From a virus (lineage: Duplodnaviria > Caudoviricetes), in IMG/VR virus record IMGVR_UViG_3300036796_000121, positions 1 through 61,448 of that record: a stretch of 61,448 bases of DNA; one strand, written 5' to 3'. A model generated the notes under the pieces. It had not been told where the DNA came from. It saw nothing but the letters and a program-made list of their open reading frames with translations, and made no database searches. Shown in pieces: positions 9,820 to 20,858 of this stretch. The stretch's first letter is position 1; every line of letters begins with the position of its first letter. The position numbers and the translations under genes were made by a program.

Positions 9820-10944
9820 TTAAGCCATTGTTTTAGAAATATTACCAAGAACCGCGATAGATTCTTTTGCATTTTTGATTTCAAATCCAAACTCTCCACG
9901 AATCACACGAGAGAAATAATCTCCACCTGGCTGTGTAGCATCTTGATCGTAAATCGGAGTTAAATAACGCGCTTTAACTTTCTCTGTATCAAGAAGTAAC
10001 GCACGATCCTTAGGCATATTTAAATCCACTACAACGTTAGAGATTGCTCCGCCCGGTAGATCAGATACAAACGATAAGATTTGGTATCCAGCCGCTGTAT
10101 CTTGACGTGTAGTACGGATTGTATCGCCACCAAGTTTTGTGATTTGTCGTGCGATATTCGGTCCACATAAAATAGTGTTCGCTGAACCGCCTCGAGTGAA
10201 TACTTGTTCTACCGCATCATTTAAAGGTTTTGCCGCAATTTCATTCCCTTTAAAATCTTGTGTATATGAGCCTTCAATACCTGCAAAAGCAAATAAACCA
10301 CCTGTAGTACGTGGTTGCGTTGGAGAACCCGCGTTTCTACGCCCGTAAATTAAAGAGGTATTTGCTTCACGAATCATTTCTTTTAAACGTAAATCCACTT
10401 GGTAGTCCAATTCATTAGACACACCATACGTATTTACTTGTTGTTGTGTACGAGAAACTGACGCATATCGAGAGAAAATTTGAGAAAAGTTATGCGACAC
10501 TAAGCGGTCATTAATCTCATTCTTACGGAAAGCATCTTCTCCTTCTGGTCGTGGTCTTGCGATGACCTTCAGTTCGCCACCAGCTGTAATTGCTTCTGCT
10601 GTTGTGCTATCGTACCCACGTTGCACGGTAATTTTGTCTGCATTTTCATCGACACTTACTACCCGTAAAACTTCTAAACCATTTTGTACTAACGCGTTTT
10701 CAGTGAATTTGCGAGCTTCGCCTTTTTCTAATACTAAATCTGTTGCACCAACAGCCGCTGCTGTTTTTACAATACCTGTGTCGGAATTTAGATAATCATT
10801 TTGCCATTCGAATTTCGTTTGCGTTAATGCATCACCATTTCCGATTAGACCAAATAAAACAGGCGCTTTCGTTAGAATTAAATCCACATTCGCTTGCATT
10901 TGTCTTACTTGTTGTTGAAAATCGTAAGTAGTTGGTACCGGCAT
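9820..10944 (-). CDS. Major capsid protein (SU10/DUF5309-like)
   Basis: 374 aa after the scaffold gene; KFEWQND, NFSQIF, RTTGGL and GEFGFE motifs. Confidence 0.9.
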   Translation of the reverse strand: MPVPTTYDFQQQVRQMQANVDLILTKAPVLFGLIGNGDALTQTKFEWQNDYLNSDTGIVKTAAAVGATDLVLEKGEARKFTENALVQNGLEVLRVVSVDENADKITVQRGYDSTTAEAITAGGELKVIARPRPEGEDAFRKNEINDRLVSHNFSQIFSRYASVSRTQQQVNTYGVSNELDYQVDLRLKEMIREANTSLIYGRRNAGSPTQPRTTGGLFAFAGIEGSYTQDFKGNEIAAKPLNDAVEQVFTRGGSANTILCGPNIARQITKLGGDTIRTTRQDTAAGYQILSFVSDLPGGAISNVVVDLNMPKDRALLLDTEKVKARYLTPIYDQDATQPGGDYFSRVIRGEFGFEIKNAKESIAVLGNISKTMA

Positions 10945-11003
10945 ATTATAGCCCCCTCAAATTTTTTAAATTAAAAAACCGCTGACTTTTCGTCAACGAT
11001 TCG

Positions 11004-11774
11004 TTATTTCCTCGCTTTTGCGTCTAACAATTTGTTGTAAATACGTGTAACTTCTCCTACAAACCTTGAGTCTTTAAACGCTTTTGTTTTTGCTTCTTCC
11101 AGTTCCTTTTCTAAAGCAAGAATTTCATTAGCTCTCGGATTTGTTCCCGGATTCGCTCCACCAGCTGCATCTGCCCCCACAACTTTCTTAAACATCCAAG
11201 GTTTACTTTCTTTCAACGAGTTTACAGCATCTTCAACCCCTTGATAGTTACCATCAGCATCAAGTTGAATGGATGACTTGTCTAAAAGCGCCAATACATC
11301 CCCTGGATCATTCGCGTCTAAAGCACGTGCAATACTCTTGATTTCTGTATTCAAAATACGAGCATTTGCTTTTTCTTGTGCTTTTTGTGCTGATTCAGAA
11401 GCTTCTAATGCTTTTTTATCAGCTTCTTCTTTTTCAGCTTGCAAACGTTCAACCTCCGTCATTTCTTGCTTTTTACGCTCTTCTTCAGCTTTTTCGAATT
11501 CTGCTAATTTTGCTTTAACGTCATCGTAGTCACCATATTGTTCGGCTGACTTGTTACGCTCACGTTCTAAGCGTTTCTTAACGATGTCATCTAGCTCCTC
11601 TTGCGTAAAAGTTTTTGGTGGGTCATTAGGATCTCCAGGGTTATTGTTTGGATCACCTTCAGGATTATCACCATCGGCAAAAAATTGAATGTCTAATCGA
11701 AGTGGGAACTTGGGTGTTTTTTGCACTTTTTCTACAAAGTACTTTAATGCTGTAGCTTGTTTTGCGTATTCCAT
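11004..11774 (-). CDS. Capsid scaffolding protein
   Basis: LRLDIQFFA motif, KTFTQEELD motif, coiled coil, KPWMF. Confidence 0.9.
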   Translation of the reverse strand: MEYAKQATALKYFVEKVQKTPKFPLRLDIQFFADGDNPEGDPNNNPGDPNDPPKTFTQEELDDIVKKRLERERNKSAEQYGDYDDVKAKLAEFEKAEEERKKQEMTEVERLQAEKEEADKKALEASESAQKAQEKANARILNTEIKSIARALDANDPGDVLALLDKSSIQLDADGNYQGVEDAVNSLKESKPWMFKKVVGADAAGGANPGTNPRANEILALEKELEEAKTKAFKDSRFVGEVTRIYNKLLDAKARK

Positions 11775-11847
11775 TTGCAAATCCTCCATTTTGAGCCTGT
11801 CGGCTATAATTTCCGAAAGTTTATAGCGCCGTTTCGTAAGGCAAGTG

Positions 11848-13365
11848 TTACTTTTCGTTATACGGATCCTGAGACTGTCGTTTCAACATCCGTTCTTGCA
11901 TAATCTCCATAAATTTCTGTTCCGCATTTTCTTTACCACTTCTCGTGATTGCGCCTTTGATTGATTCGATTTCGTTAGAAATTTCATCACCCAACTGCTC
12001 GATAAGTGCTTTTTGATCTTGCGGTAACGGTAAACCAAAAATAATCTTGCTAGCATAATAGTTATCTACTTTTTCTAACATCGCTTTATCGTATTTGAAT
12101 TTAGGATCATCCTGCCTTGCTTTCATATAACGCAAAATATACTCATTTAAGGTTTGTAGGCGTGATTGCCATATAACCCATGAGCGTTGTGTTTTGGAAA
12201 TGATATTACTGAATAAAAGCTGTACGGCCATATCATTTATACCGCCTGTATTCATATCGGCTGTATTTACCATTGGCACTTCTGCCTTTTCATGTAGTCG
12301 CTTTTGTAACCGATCAAGATAAGCCTCAATCGTTTCTTTAAATCGAAACCCACTTTCCAGCTTTTTAGCACTAGGCTCACCGGTATCTTCAGTACCATCA
12401 CCTAAATCCCATTTTGCTCCAGGAGCGACTTGTAGGGGATTCTTCGGATCCTCATCTACGTTTGTCAGCAATGTAATAGCAAACATTTCAAAGCGCAGCG
12501 CATCCGAGTAATCAGACATTTTTTTATCGATTTCATCAGACAACTTTATCGTTTTTTCAAGTTCACTATAGCCTGTAGTACGTTTACTCAGTTTTTCAGT
12601 TGGTACAGGTACAACAGGAATAAAATCGATACCCATTGATGAGCGTTTAACACGTTCTTCTTGTTTTTCTAACTCACCGTTGTATACCGATTCTTCAATT
12701 TGACAGTCATACACACCCGCTTCTTCATGCCAAACTAAGAAATACGATAACTTCCACATTTTTGTTTGCTCTTCATCTAGCCAGGCAATAAAATGAATTT
12801 CTTCTAGCTGATCTATATCCCAATCGCTATATTTAGCAATGACTTCCGTCGATGGATGCCAAATAACCTTAAATTCACCACGGCGTTTATCGTAGTGAAT
12901 ACGAGCATACACACCAGTTTTTGAAATGGCTCGGTCCTTCGCTGCTGCTAGTAACTTCTCATGCATTCGGTTGTCGTCCCAAACCCATGTTAATAAACGC
13001 TCTTTTGCTTTTGCTCTACTATTCTCCGCTTGTTGTTCTTCACTAGGTTCATAACCTGACTGATTCATAAGCGCTGGATCATCTATTACATCAGGAGGAA
13101 CTGTTACTTTTGGTTCCTTTTCAAATTGCCATGCCGCAACCATGTTTACGATTTTTTGAGGATAATCAAGTTGTATTTTCGTAGGTTCGTAATCTAGATT
13201 GTCAGGCTTTTTGTAATCAGACCATACATTTAAATCGCCTTCATAACGCTCATACAAACGAACTTCGGCCATAATTCGTTCCCACTCTGAATCCCCAAGC
13301 GCGGTACGAACTGGCATTACAATTTCTACTGGATTCATGAAATTACGATCTCCTTGTACTCTCAC
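11848..13365 (-). CDS. Portal protein (SPP1-like)
   Basis: 505 aa directly after TerL; FIPVVPVP...GYSELE motif. Confidence 0.9.
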   Translation of the reverse strand: MRVQGDRNFMNPVEIVMPVRTALGDSEWERIMAEVRLYERYEGDLNVWSDYKKPDNLDYEPTKIQLDYPQKIVNMVAAWQFEKEPKVTVPPDVIDDPALMNQSGYEPSEEQQAENSRAKAKERLLTWVWDDNRMHEKLLAAAKDRAISKTGVYARIHYDKRRGEFKVIWHPSTEVIAKYSDWDIDQLEEIHFIAWLDEEQTKMWKLSYFLVWHEEAGVYDCQIEESVYNGELEKQEERVKRSSMGIDFIPVVPVPTEKLSKRTTGYSELEKTIKLSDEIDKKMSDYSDALRFEMFAITLLTNVDEDPKNPLQVAPGAKWDLGDGTEDTGEPSAKKLESGFRFKETIEAYLDRLQKRLHEKAEVPMVNTADMNTGGINDMAVQLLFSNIISKTQRSWVIWQSRLQTLNEYILRYMKARQDDPKFKYDKAMLEKVDNYYASKIIFGLPLPQDQKALIEQLGDEISNEIESIKGAITRSGKENAEQKFMEIMQERMLKRQSQDPYNEK

Positions 13366-13381
13366 TCAAGCCCCTCCTTTC

Positions 13382-15097
13382 TTAGTATCTTGAATTCCCT
13401 GTAGTTCCTGCTTTACGTCTTGCACGTTTATACGCAATAGAAAAAGCCATTTGAACCGCATCCGGACCATCATCGTGTGGATGCATCGGATACATTTCAA
13501 ATTGCTCCAATAAAGCACGTAAATGTTTCATAAATCGTAATTTACCACTCTGTATATCCGGTAATAACGACTCAATACGTAGTGCTTTTCGTGTACGCTG
13601 CTTAATTTGTTTTAAGCGAGTCGATGAAGGATACCCTTTCTTTTGTAAAGCCTCCCCAACCTTCTCTGCAAACCACTCCTGAGCTTGTTGCGCCTCTACC
13701 GCAATTGATTCGTATTGATATTCCAGCGTGTATTCCACAGCTTTTTCTAGCAATGTATTTGGATGCACACGCTCCATAAAGATATCAATAACATAACAAG
13801 TACCTGTTTCCACGTTTTTCGCGAGTGTAACAACAACACTGTAATCACCTTTCTCTTTACCCATTGCAAAATCAACCGCACCGTAATACAAAAGCTGTTT
13901 ATCTTTTAGATCACTTTCAGTACAGTACGTGAAATATTTAGGTTTAAATATCTGTCTTTCCTCGTCAGTCGGGTTACATAAATACTCTTGGTTAAACGCT
14001 TTGGTACCGTCATCTTCTCTAATTTCCATCAAATCGATGTAAGGGAAATGTGATGGCCATAATGTTTTTGTACCACGTAGCATTTCTTCTTTGTTCTGCT
14101 CATAAAATTCACGAGCACGATCTGCCGAGTCTGGATCATCCACCTGACGAATCTCGCGCCACTCTTGCCATAAATCTTCCCGCTCTGACCATTTCAAAAT
14201 TGCCGGGAATGATCTTGATACGAAATCACGACGGTTTTTAATAACATGATGCAATAAACTGTCGTAACAAACGATGGTACCCATGTAAATACAAGCACCT
14301 TCTTGACGACTCAGACCTGGAAGCAATTCTTCCTTGAACCAGCGTTTGTTTTTCGCGATTAAATCAACTGTCGCTGTATTTTCTTTACTCTCCAAATCAT
14401 CCAAAATATAGAGCTGAACCCTTTTTGAACCGTGGCGTAACCCACGTACCTGTGTCCCTATACCTTTTGCTTCGACTTTCGTGTTTGTTAAAGTTACAAA
14501 CTCTTTATCGTTATCTACTTCATTTCGGCTTTTCTGCTCGTGAAGTAAGATTCCGAAATCCTCACGTAATTTCTCGTTGTACTTTAACTGGTCACGCGCC
14601 CAAGATATAAAATCACCGGCTACATCACTCGTTTCTGAGATTAAAACGATATACTGCTTTAATCGATACACGACTTGATGACACAAATAACCGTTACTCA
14701 GGTAAGCAGTTTTTGCGTGACCACGTCCTACACTCCAGGCTACTTTTTTCTTTTTCTCCTTACCTGTCGTGATGTCATCTAAAAGCCCACATAACGTTTG
14801 GTGAAATTCTGCTGCATCATCCATCGTTACTCCAGCTGGGATTAAGTTATCAGGATTGCCCGGATTCCCTTCTTCTGAGAAATACTCATACATGAAATAC
14901 AGCATGTCGTATTCTGACCGGTGCACCCTTTTTAACTTTTCTAACTCATCGATGTCAGCAAGTAGTGTATCCATGTAATATTCTGTAGCCTCACCAGTTT
15001 CATATAACTCCTGTAATTTCTTTGCCCTTTCTGCTACAAGAGTGATACGCTCCTGACGTTCTTGACGGGCTAACCACTTTCCGTCTATATATGCCAT
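13382..15097 (-). CDS. terL: Terminase large subunit
   Basis: RGHAKT Walker A, ILDDLE Walker B, FNQEYLCNP, nuclease motifs VDFA and HDDGPDA. Confidence 0.95.
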   Translation of the reverse strand: MAYIDGKWLARQERQERITLVAERAKKLQELYETGEATEYYMDTLLADIDELEKLKRVHRSEYDMLYFMYEYFSEEGNPGNPDNLIPAGVTMDDAAEFHQTLCGLLDDITTGKEKKKKVAWSVGRGHAKTAYLSNGYLCHQVVYRLKQYIVLISETSDVAGDFISWARDQLKYNEKLREDFGILLHEQKSRNEVDNDKEFVTLTNTKVEAKGIGTQVRGLRHGSKRVQLYILDDLESKENTATVDLIAKNKRWFKEELLPGLSRQEGACIYMGTIVCYDSLLHHVIKNRRDFVSRSFPAILKWSEREDLWQEWREIRQVDDPDSADRAREFYEQNKEEMLRGTKTLWPSHFPYIDLMEIREDDGTKAFNQEYLCNPTDEERQIFKPKYFTYCTESDLKDKQLLYYGAVDFAMGKEKGDYSVVVTLAKNVETGTCYVIDIFMERVHPNTLLEKAVEYTLEYQYESIAVEAQQAQEWFAEKVGEALQKKGYPSSTRLKQIKQRTRKALRIESLLPDIQSGKLRFMKHLRALLEQFEMYPMHPHDDGPDAVQMAFSIAYKRARRKAGTTGNSRY

Positions 15098-15113
15098 GTA
15101 GCCCGTCCTCCTT

Positions 15114-15542
15114 TTACTCGCCTGTCAATTTTTTTAATTTCTCAAGCTGTTCTTCGATTTCAGCATTTGTGCGAGTCACATTCCCTAAATCACCTTCAAT
15201 CACTTTCTTATCCGTAAGTAAACCGAATCGCTGCATATACAATTGCATTGCTTTTACACTTGGTTGCGGTCCTAAAATTAACTGCATTAGCTTGCTGTAT
15301 ACCTGCTCTCGCTTCTCTGCAAGGAAACTGTCAGCTACTTCGCTCTTAAATGCGATGAAATCCTGGTTCTTAGTTCGCCACTCCCAAAGCGTCGTTCGAT
15401 TTATGCCAAGCTCGTTCGCCATTTCATCTTGCGTCCTTTTTTCCTCATTGTTCGATTCCATCAACTCGTTTTCCACAAGCAAGTATGCTGCTTGAATTTG
15501 TTTGGCCGTGAGTTTCTGCTTTAATTCGTCTAACTTAGCCAT
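15114..15542 (-). CDS. terS: Terminase small subunit (HTH, phBC6A51-type)
   Basis: HTH (TQDEMANELGINRTTLWEW) immediately upstream of terL; probable start MAKLDE. Confidence 0.8.
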   Translation of the reverse strand: MAKLDELKQKLTAKQIQAAYLLVENELMESNNEEKRTQDEMANELGINRTTLWEWRTKNQDFIAFKSEVADSFLAEKREQVYSKLMQLILGPQPSVKAMQLYMQRFGLLTDKKVIEGDLGNVTRTNAEIEEQLEKLKKLTGE

Positions 15543-15739
15543 TCTTTCGCTCCCCTTTCTTCGTGAAATAGAAAAAGGCAACCGATTTAGTATCGATTGC
15601 CTTGAAATTCGTATGTTTTGTATAGCCCCCCGAGTTTAAAAATCCTGGCGGAACGTTACGAGCGCCTGCCAGGCTTGCACCAGAAAGCGGCTCCCCCCGG
15701 GGGCTGAATTTTTTCGCGTACAAAAAGAAAAAGCCGAAA

Positions 15740-16300
15740 TTATTTTTCCGACTCTTTTTTCTTTTTCGCTCGTATTAGTGTACTTTTACTTATTCCTGTC
15801 ATTCCTTCGACTTGTGTATATGAATGCTTATTTAATAAGCCTAGTGCATGTTCAATTTGCTTCTTGCTATATTTATTTGGTCTACCTTCTCTGAAGTCCG
15901 CACGTTGTTTAGCAATAGCTTTACCTTCTTGCGTTCGTTCAACAATCCTGTCACGTTCGAACTCAGCGAACGCACTCATAACATTAAAGACCAACCTTCC
16001 TGTTGGTGTATCCTCTATCAGTCCCATGTTAAGCACATGAACCTTTACACCTTTTTCAAACAGTTCCCTTACAGTCTGTATTGCGTCGACAGTTGAACGA
16101 GCAAAGCGATCTAGCTTAGTAACTACCAGTGTATCACCTGACTCCAGTACTGAAAGCAACTCCTTAAACTTAGGACGATCAGCTTTAGTACCAGTGAACT
16201 TCTCTGAATAAATTATATTGCAACTTTCCTTCTCCAGCGTTTGGATCTGTACGTCTAAGTCTTGGTGAATTGTACTTACCCTTGCGTATCCGTATTTCAT
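15740..16300 (-). CDS. Small serine recombinase (resolvase/invertase)
   Basis: YGYARVST catalytic motif, [11 protein letters not shown]-terminal HTH. Confidence 0.95.
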   Translation of the reverse strand: MKYGYARVSTIHQDLDVQIQTLEKESCNIIYSEKFTGTKADRPKFKELLSVLESGDTLVVTKLDRFARSTVDAIQTVRELFEKGVKVHVLNMGLIEDTPTGRLVFNVMSAFAEFERDRIVERTQEGKAIAKQRADFREGRPNKYSKKQIEHALGLLNKHSYTQVEGMTGISKSTLIRAKKKKESEK

Positions 16301-16329
16301 TCATACCAGCTCCCCTTAGGTGCTAACTA

Positions 16330-16432
16330 ATGAGTGTAAGTTATGACACCGCTTGATACCTTGATACTATCATATTGGTAAAACGTTGTCAAAACCTTTA
16401 AGTTATGGAACTGATATTAATGACTATGACCC
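16330..16432. promoter_or_regulatory. Putative res site for the resolvase
   Basis: Repeated AAGTTATGAC / AAGTTATGGA / ACTATGAC half-sites and an imperfect inverted repeat TGTCAAAAC-N6-GTTATGGAA directly upstream of the resolvase. Confidence 0.4.
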
Positions 16433-16706
16433 CCTGAGTTTCAAAGCCCCTTCTCCCTCAGCGAGCTCGGCTGATAAAAACACCCATCGGTTTCACCTTT
16501 TGTGTTGCCGACAGTAAAGTAACCACTACAGTAGTCACCTTAGTTTCTACCTACTATATACGCCACAGTCAGTCCAATCCAACGGGCACAAAAATAGCCA
16601 TGATACCCTAATGACGGGCCTCATGGCTATGCGCATTATTTATTGTTGGAGTAGGACACAATTTCACCATCCTAACATAAATTGTACCTACTATGACCCC
16701 ACCTTG

Positions 16707-17093
16707 TCAAGCCTCGTACAAATTTTTTATTAACCTTCTCATACCAGCCATATCACCGTTAATACTCATGTGCAATAAATCCACGGCTTGTCTACAGCGT
16801 GAGTAATATAATTTTGCAGTGATATTCATAATCCGTAATGTATTCTTCCTAGGAATCTTGTACACATACCGAGCAAGTACTATATATTTTATATTCTTCG
16901 GTAATTGTTTAATCGCCTGATCCAGTACAATCTTATTCAAACGACCATCGCTTTTCCCGTCCTGTGCACTAGGTCCCGTAAAACTAGGTGGTGCATCAGG
17001 GAAACGGTCACCTACAGCCAGTGATTCGTAATTCTCCAGCCATAGTCGTATTGTTTTCTTTGAAACATAGCCATCAATTCTGGTCATCTCCAA
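16707..17093 (-). CDS. Sigma-70 region-4-like / ArpU-like late transcription activator
   Basis: LDQAIKQLP..KYIVLARY..HTH pattern; lies upstream of the packaging genes. Confidence 0.65.
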   Translation of the reverse strand: MEMTRIDGYVSKKTIRLWLENYESLAVGDRFPDAPPSFTGPSAQDGKSDGRLNKIVLDQAIKQLPKNIKYIVLARYVYKIPRKNTLRIMNITAKLYYSRCRQAVDLLHMSINGDMAGMRRLIKNLYEA

Positions 17094-17125
17094 ACCTCCT
17101 GACTCAGAAAATCAAACCCCTAAAC

Positions 17126-17312
17126 AAAAACCTTAAACCATTAATAGTATTACATACTATATAACTATTAATAAATAATACTATATATATAATATATAAT
17201 TATTAGTTTTATATTTATATTATATATATAAGGTATATTTTTTTAAGGGGGGGTTCTTTTTTATTTTGTTTTTCTTTTTTAAATATTGTAGTGTATTAGA
17301 CCCCCTCCTAAA
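17126..17312 (-). repeat. AT-rich element copy 1 (inverted homologue of 47806-47993); candidate origin
   Basis: 34-bp core 17210-17243 is the exact reverse complement of 47875-47908; flanking TTTAGGAGGGGGT and TAAGGTTTTT blocks are also shared. Confidence 0.9.
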
Positions 17313-17322
17313 ACTTTTTCTT

Positions 17323-17625
17323 TTATATATTTTTATTTTCGCTTAAATGACTGCAATCTCGAAACACGTACCACGCCGCAGTTGTCTCATACCCACGTAG
17401 CACCGACTTTCCAGCTAGGAGAAACCGTTCTTCTGTCACTTCCGTTATCAATCCTTCTCCAGCATATACATTACCTTTCTCTGTCTCGATATTCACACCA
17501 CGTAACTGGTTCGTGGCCACAAATTCACTTACCGCATAATCCACAACATATAGACTCCAGGTGAATTTGCCCATAACTACCCCTTCTTGTACCGTCACAT
17601 ATCCATCGTAAAACAGAACGTCCAA
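17323..17625 (-). CDS. Hypothetical protein
   Basis: 100-aa ORF, beta-rich. Confidence 0.55.
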   Translation of the reverse strand: MDVLFYDGYVTVQEGVVMGKFTWSLYVVDYAVSEFVATNQLRGVNIETEKGNVYAGEGLITEVTEERFLLAGKSVLRGYETTAAWYVFRDCSHLSENKNI

Positions 17626-17849
17626 ACCATCGATTTGTATGTTACTAGCAGTGATTATTTAATTTATCACACTCACAACACATTCTCATAGCATATTTAA
17701 TCATTTTCATCAAACATAAAATATAGTATAGAACCAAAAATAAAAAACAATTAAAGAAAAGAGAATGTCTTCAAAAGTTAATCTGTGGATACTTTTTTGA
17801 CAATCTCTTTTCTTATTTCAAAGCTTTCAAACACGAAATTTATAAGCGA

Positions 17850-19121
17850 TTATACGAATGTTATACCCGCACTTGCGAATCCTGTAATAGCAGTAGCTAT
17901 ATCGAAACCAGGTGTAGTTGATGAAACAACAAGTAATATCTTATCTTGTGGAGCGACCGCAATTGCTTGTGCGCTAATACCACTCGAAGTATCACCGATA
18001 GCAATAAGACCACTAAATGCTGGTGTTAATAATAACGGTGTACCTACTGGAGTGAAAGTATTACTTGCTGCTGGTGCGCTGTACAACTGCATTTGAATTT
18101 GTATGCTTCCTAGTGCTACAGCAACCGCTACAGTTACACTAAAGAATCCTGCTAACGAAGTAATTGTACCTGCGCGAGGTGCTACAAATGCAAAATCAAA
18201 AACTGGAGGTACTGGACCTATAGTAATTGAGCCACCAGGTGGGACAATTACAGGGAAGAATGAACTTCCAAATCCAAGAAGTGCTCCTGTGTTTGCCAAT
18301 CCACCTAAAACAGTTGTTAATGCTACTGGTCCACCTGATGCAAACGGAATAACGGCTCCGGCTCCTGTTGCTCCTGTTAGGCCTGTTGCTCCTGTTGCTC
18401 CTGTTGCTCCCGTTGCTCCTGTTACTCCTGTTGCTCCTGTTGGACCTGTTGCTCCTGTTGCTCCTGTTACTCCTGTTACTCCTGTTGCTCCTGTTGGACC
18501 TGTTGCTCCTGTTGCTCCTGTTGCTCCCGTTGGACCTGCTCCGGTTCCTGCTGGACCTGTTGGGCCTGTTGGACCTGTTGGACCTGTTGGACCTGCTCCG
18601 GTTCCTGCTGGACCTGTTGGGCCTGTTGGACCTGTTGGACCTGTCGCTGCTGGAGTAGCGTTGATTAATTGAATTAATAAACTAAAAAGAAGTTGTAAAG
18701 TTGCAGAATCGACATTTGAGTTGCAGGATATAGGGATAAGATTTAAAGCGAAGAAGAATTGTGCAAGGGCGCTATAAAATTGTTGCAATAATGTTGACAA
18801 TTGTCCTAAATTAGGTGTTGGAGATTGTAATAAAGCTATAATACTTTGAGTTAATTGTTTCAAAAAATTACCTTCTGGGGAAGGTATTAAAGAATTTAAG
18901 AAAATTAAAAATTGATTAAATAAATTGAGTAACGCTAATCTGTTTGCATCACTTGGATTTGCAAAAAATGCTGCAATTGCAGAAATTAGAGAGTTTAACA
19001 AAATAATTAATTGATCTAATTGTTGTCTAGTAATTGGAACTGTTTGAGGGTTATTACAGCATTCTGGATTAAAAGAAAATTCGTTACATTTATTATGGTC
19101 AAAACAATCATTATGTTTCAT
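17850..19121 (-). CDS. Collagen-like exosporium glycoprotein (ExsJ/ExsH-like N-terminus, BclB-type C-terminal domain)
   Basis: [11 protein letters not shown]-terminus, (GXT)n collagen repeats, GAVIPFASG...[20 protein letters not shown]-terminal domain. Confidence 0.85.
   Translation of the reverse strand: MKHNDCFDHNKCNEFSFNPECCNNPQTVPITRQQLDQLIILLNSLISAIAAFFANPSDANRLALLNLFNQFLIFLNSLIPSPEGNFLKQLTQSIIALLQSPTPNLGQLSTLLQQFYSALAQFFFALNLIPISCNSNVDSATLQLLFSLLIQLINATPAATGPTGPTGPTGPAGTGAGPTGPTGPTGPTGPAGTGAGPTGATGATGATGPTGATGVTGVTGATGATGPTGATGVTGATGATGATGATGLTGATGAGAVIPFASGGPVALTTVLGGLANTGALLGFGSSFFPVIVPPGGSITIGPVPPVFDFAFVAPRAGTITSLAGFFSVTVAVAVALGSIQIQMQLYSAPAASNTFTPVGTPLLLTPAFSGLIAIGDTSSGISAQAIAVAPQDKILLVVSSTTPGFDIATAITGFASAGITFV
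18358..18645 (-). repeat. 9-bp tandem repeats encoding G-X-T collagen triplets
   Basis: Runs of cctgttgct / cctgttgga units. Confidence 0.95.
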
Positions 19122-19692
19122 TTACTTCCTCCTTATTTAATAATTTTGAGAGAATATTCTTATACTAAGAAACACTCAAATGTAATGGTGTTGAATATTT
19201 TTAAATATTCATTTTCCTTAGAATAAAAATAGTTACTAATAATTAAACTATAAAAATTCAGTCTAATTATATTCACAACTCACATAATATAATTATACGC
19301 ATCTATATATCTATTGCTTAGATTATTTTCCTAATAAAAACGCATATTTTTAAAGTAATACATTATTACTCCTATCAAAGTGTTTATTTTATCAATAAAC
19401 GAAAAACATATTAATTTATAAGTTCAATAATTCCATTAATAATATCGAATGGATTTTTTTAACAATTACATAAGAAGCTTTTTCATCATTCGAAATATAG
19501 GGTCAGTAAATTTAGTAATATGTAATCTCTCTCCATCTAATCTTCTCCTTAGTTTTTTGAAAAAGTTTAATCCTCGCAACAGGTCTTCATAACCTAGTTG
19601 TTTACATCATGAATTGCTTTCTGATGATGCATTGTATTTTCCATTGAGAGCTAATTGTTTTGCTTTTGCTGACTAATTTTTATTTTTTTGTA

Positions 19693-19830
19693 ACAATTAT
19701 ACTCATCTTACATACAATATCTTGAATCCTTACTTGTCGAACCATTTATTTGTTCATGACTCACAAACATTGACAATATATGAATGGTGTAATGATTCAT
19801 AGAAGAGCACCTTATAATGGTGCTCTTTAT
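19693..19830 (+). ncRNA. Putative sRNA unit M (sigma-K/E-like promoter to terminator)
   Basis: AC-16-CATACAATA (19693-19719); terminator AAGAGCACC/GGTGCTCTT at 19803-19827; no convincing ORF. Confidence 0.45.
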
Positions 19831-20524
19831 TATTTCAGCACCTTTTATATGAATCTGCATACTTTTTTGACCAATTTTCAATGCACTTTCTTAAAGCCTT
19901 AAATAATATGATTGATTATTCAATCCGAGAAAAAGTACTTTTCGAAGACAAATTTTTTCAACACACTAAATATACTTTAAATTTTGATACATACTGTAGA
20001 TACCGTAAGTGTCTTATTTGTTGCTAGTGTAAACGGGACAATTACAAGTTTTCCGATTCCATCAGCGGCTAGTTTTTCTGCAGCAAGATTCTCATTTTCA
20101 AGTCCTATTCCATAATCCATCTTATCCTTTATTAACTTCTATGTTTATTAACAAAGCCAAAATTCTTTATTATAGCCACTACAACAAAAAACACTAAAAA
20201 ATTCGGCTTGCCCCTCTCCCTACTAAGTCGACTATGAGCACTTACGCTAGTTATGCAGGCGCTTTTCATTTAGTAATCCTTCTCTAATTTTTATGTTTCC
20301 TCTTTCTTGTGTTTATAAATCTTCACTTAACGCATTCGTTGAAATATCCTTTATACTTACTCTCCTTACAGAATCATGCTATATTCCTCATTACTAATTC
20401 CACATCGCACGGAACACTAACAATCATTAATTGTTTAGGTATATTCATATAACGTTATCCCCCCTTTAACTTGATAATAGAAATGACTAATAATAAGCTC
20501 CAGCCATAAATAACCACCCATCAA

Positions 20525-20848
20525 CTATCTACACTCCATTTCCGATCTCAATTTATCTCGTAACCACTTAAACTCCATGTCCTTTTTATCGATTTTTGCC
20601 TGAATCACTTTCGCCTGTTCTTTCGTATAACATTTACGGAAACCGTTGTATAATTTCGAAATTTCTTTCTGTAGCTGTCTCATTTCACGGTTCGAATAAT
20701 AACTTACAAATTCCGTTTTACAGCTTGGACAAATGAAGTAGTGCTTGTCCACACGGTTCGGTAATCGTGCAATGAGCATCTGGACGCGAAACACGTGCTC
20801 ACATACTTCACATTTCGCTTTTACGGGTTTCATTTCCTGATCCCTCAC
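20525..20848 (-). CDS. Zn-ribbon hypothetical protein
   Basis: CEVC...CPSC pairs plus a coiled coil. Confidence 0.75.
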   Translation of the reverse strand: MRDQEMKPVKAKCEVCEHVFRVQMLIARLPNRVDKHYFICPSCKTEFVSYYSNREMRQLQKEISKLYNGFRKCYTKEQAKVIQAKIDKKDMEFKWLRDKLRSEMECR

Positions 20849-20858
20849 TTTGAAAGGA

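Noticed and set aside
17126-17312. AT-rich elements as protelomerase (telRL) sites or transposon ends
   Set aside because: No protelomerase or transposase gene was recognised, and neither copy is a long perfect palindrome.
18103-18672. Plus-strand Pro/Val-rich and poly-Leu ORFs
   Set aside because: Shadow frames of the collagen repeat on the opposite strand.
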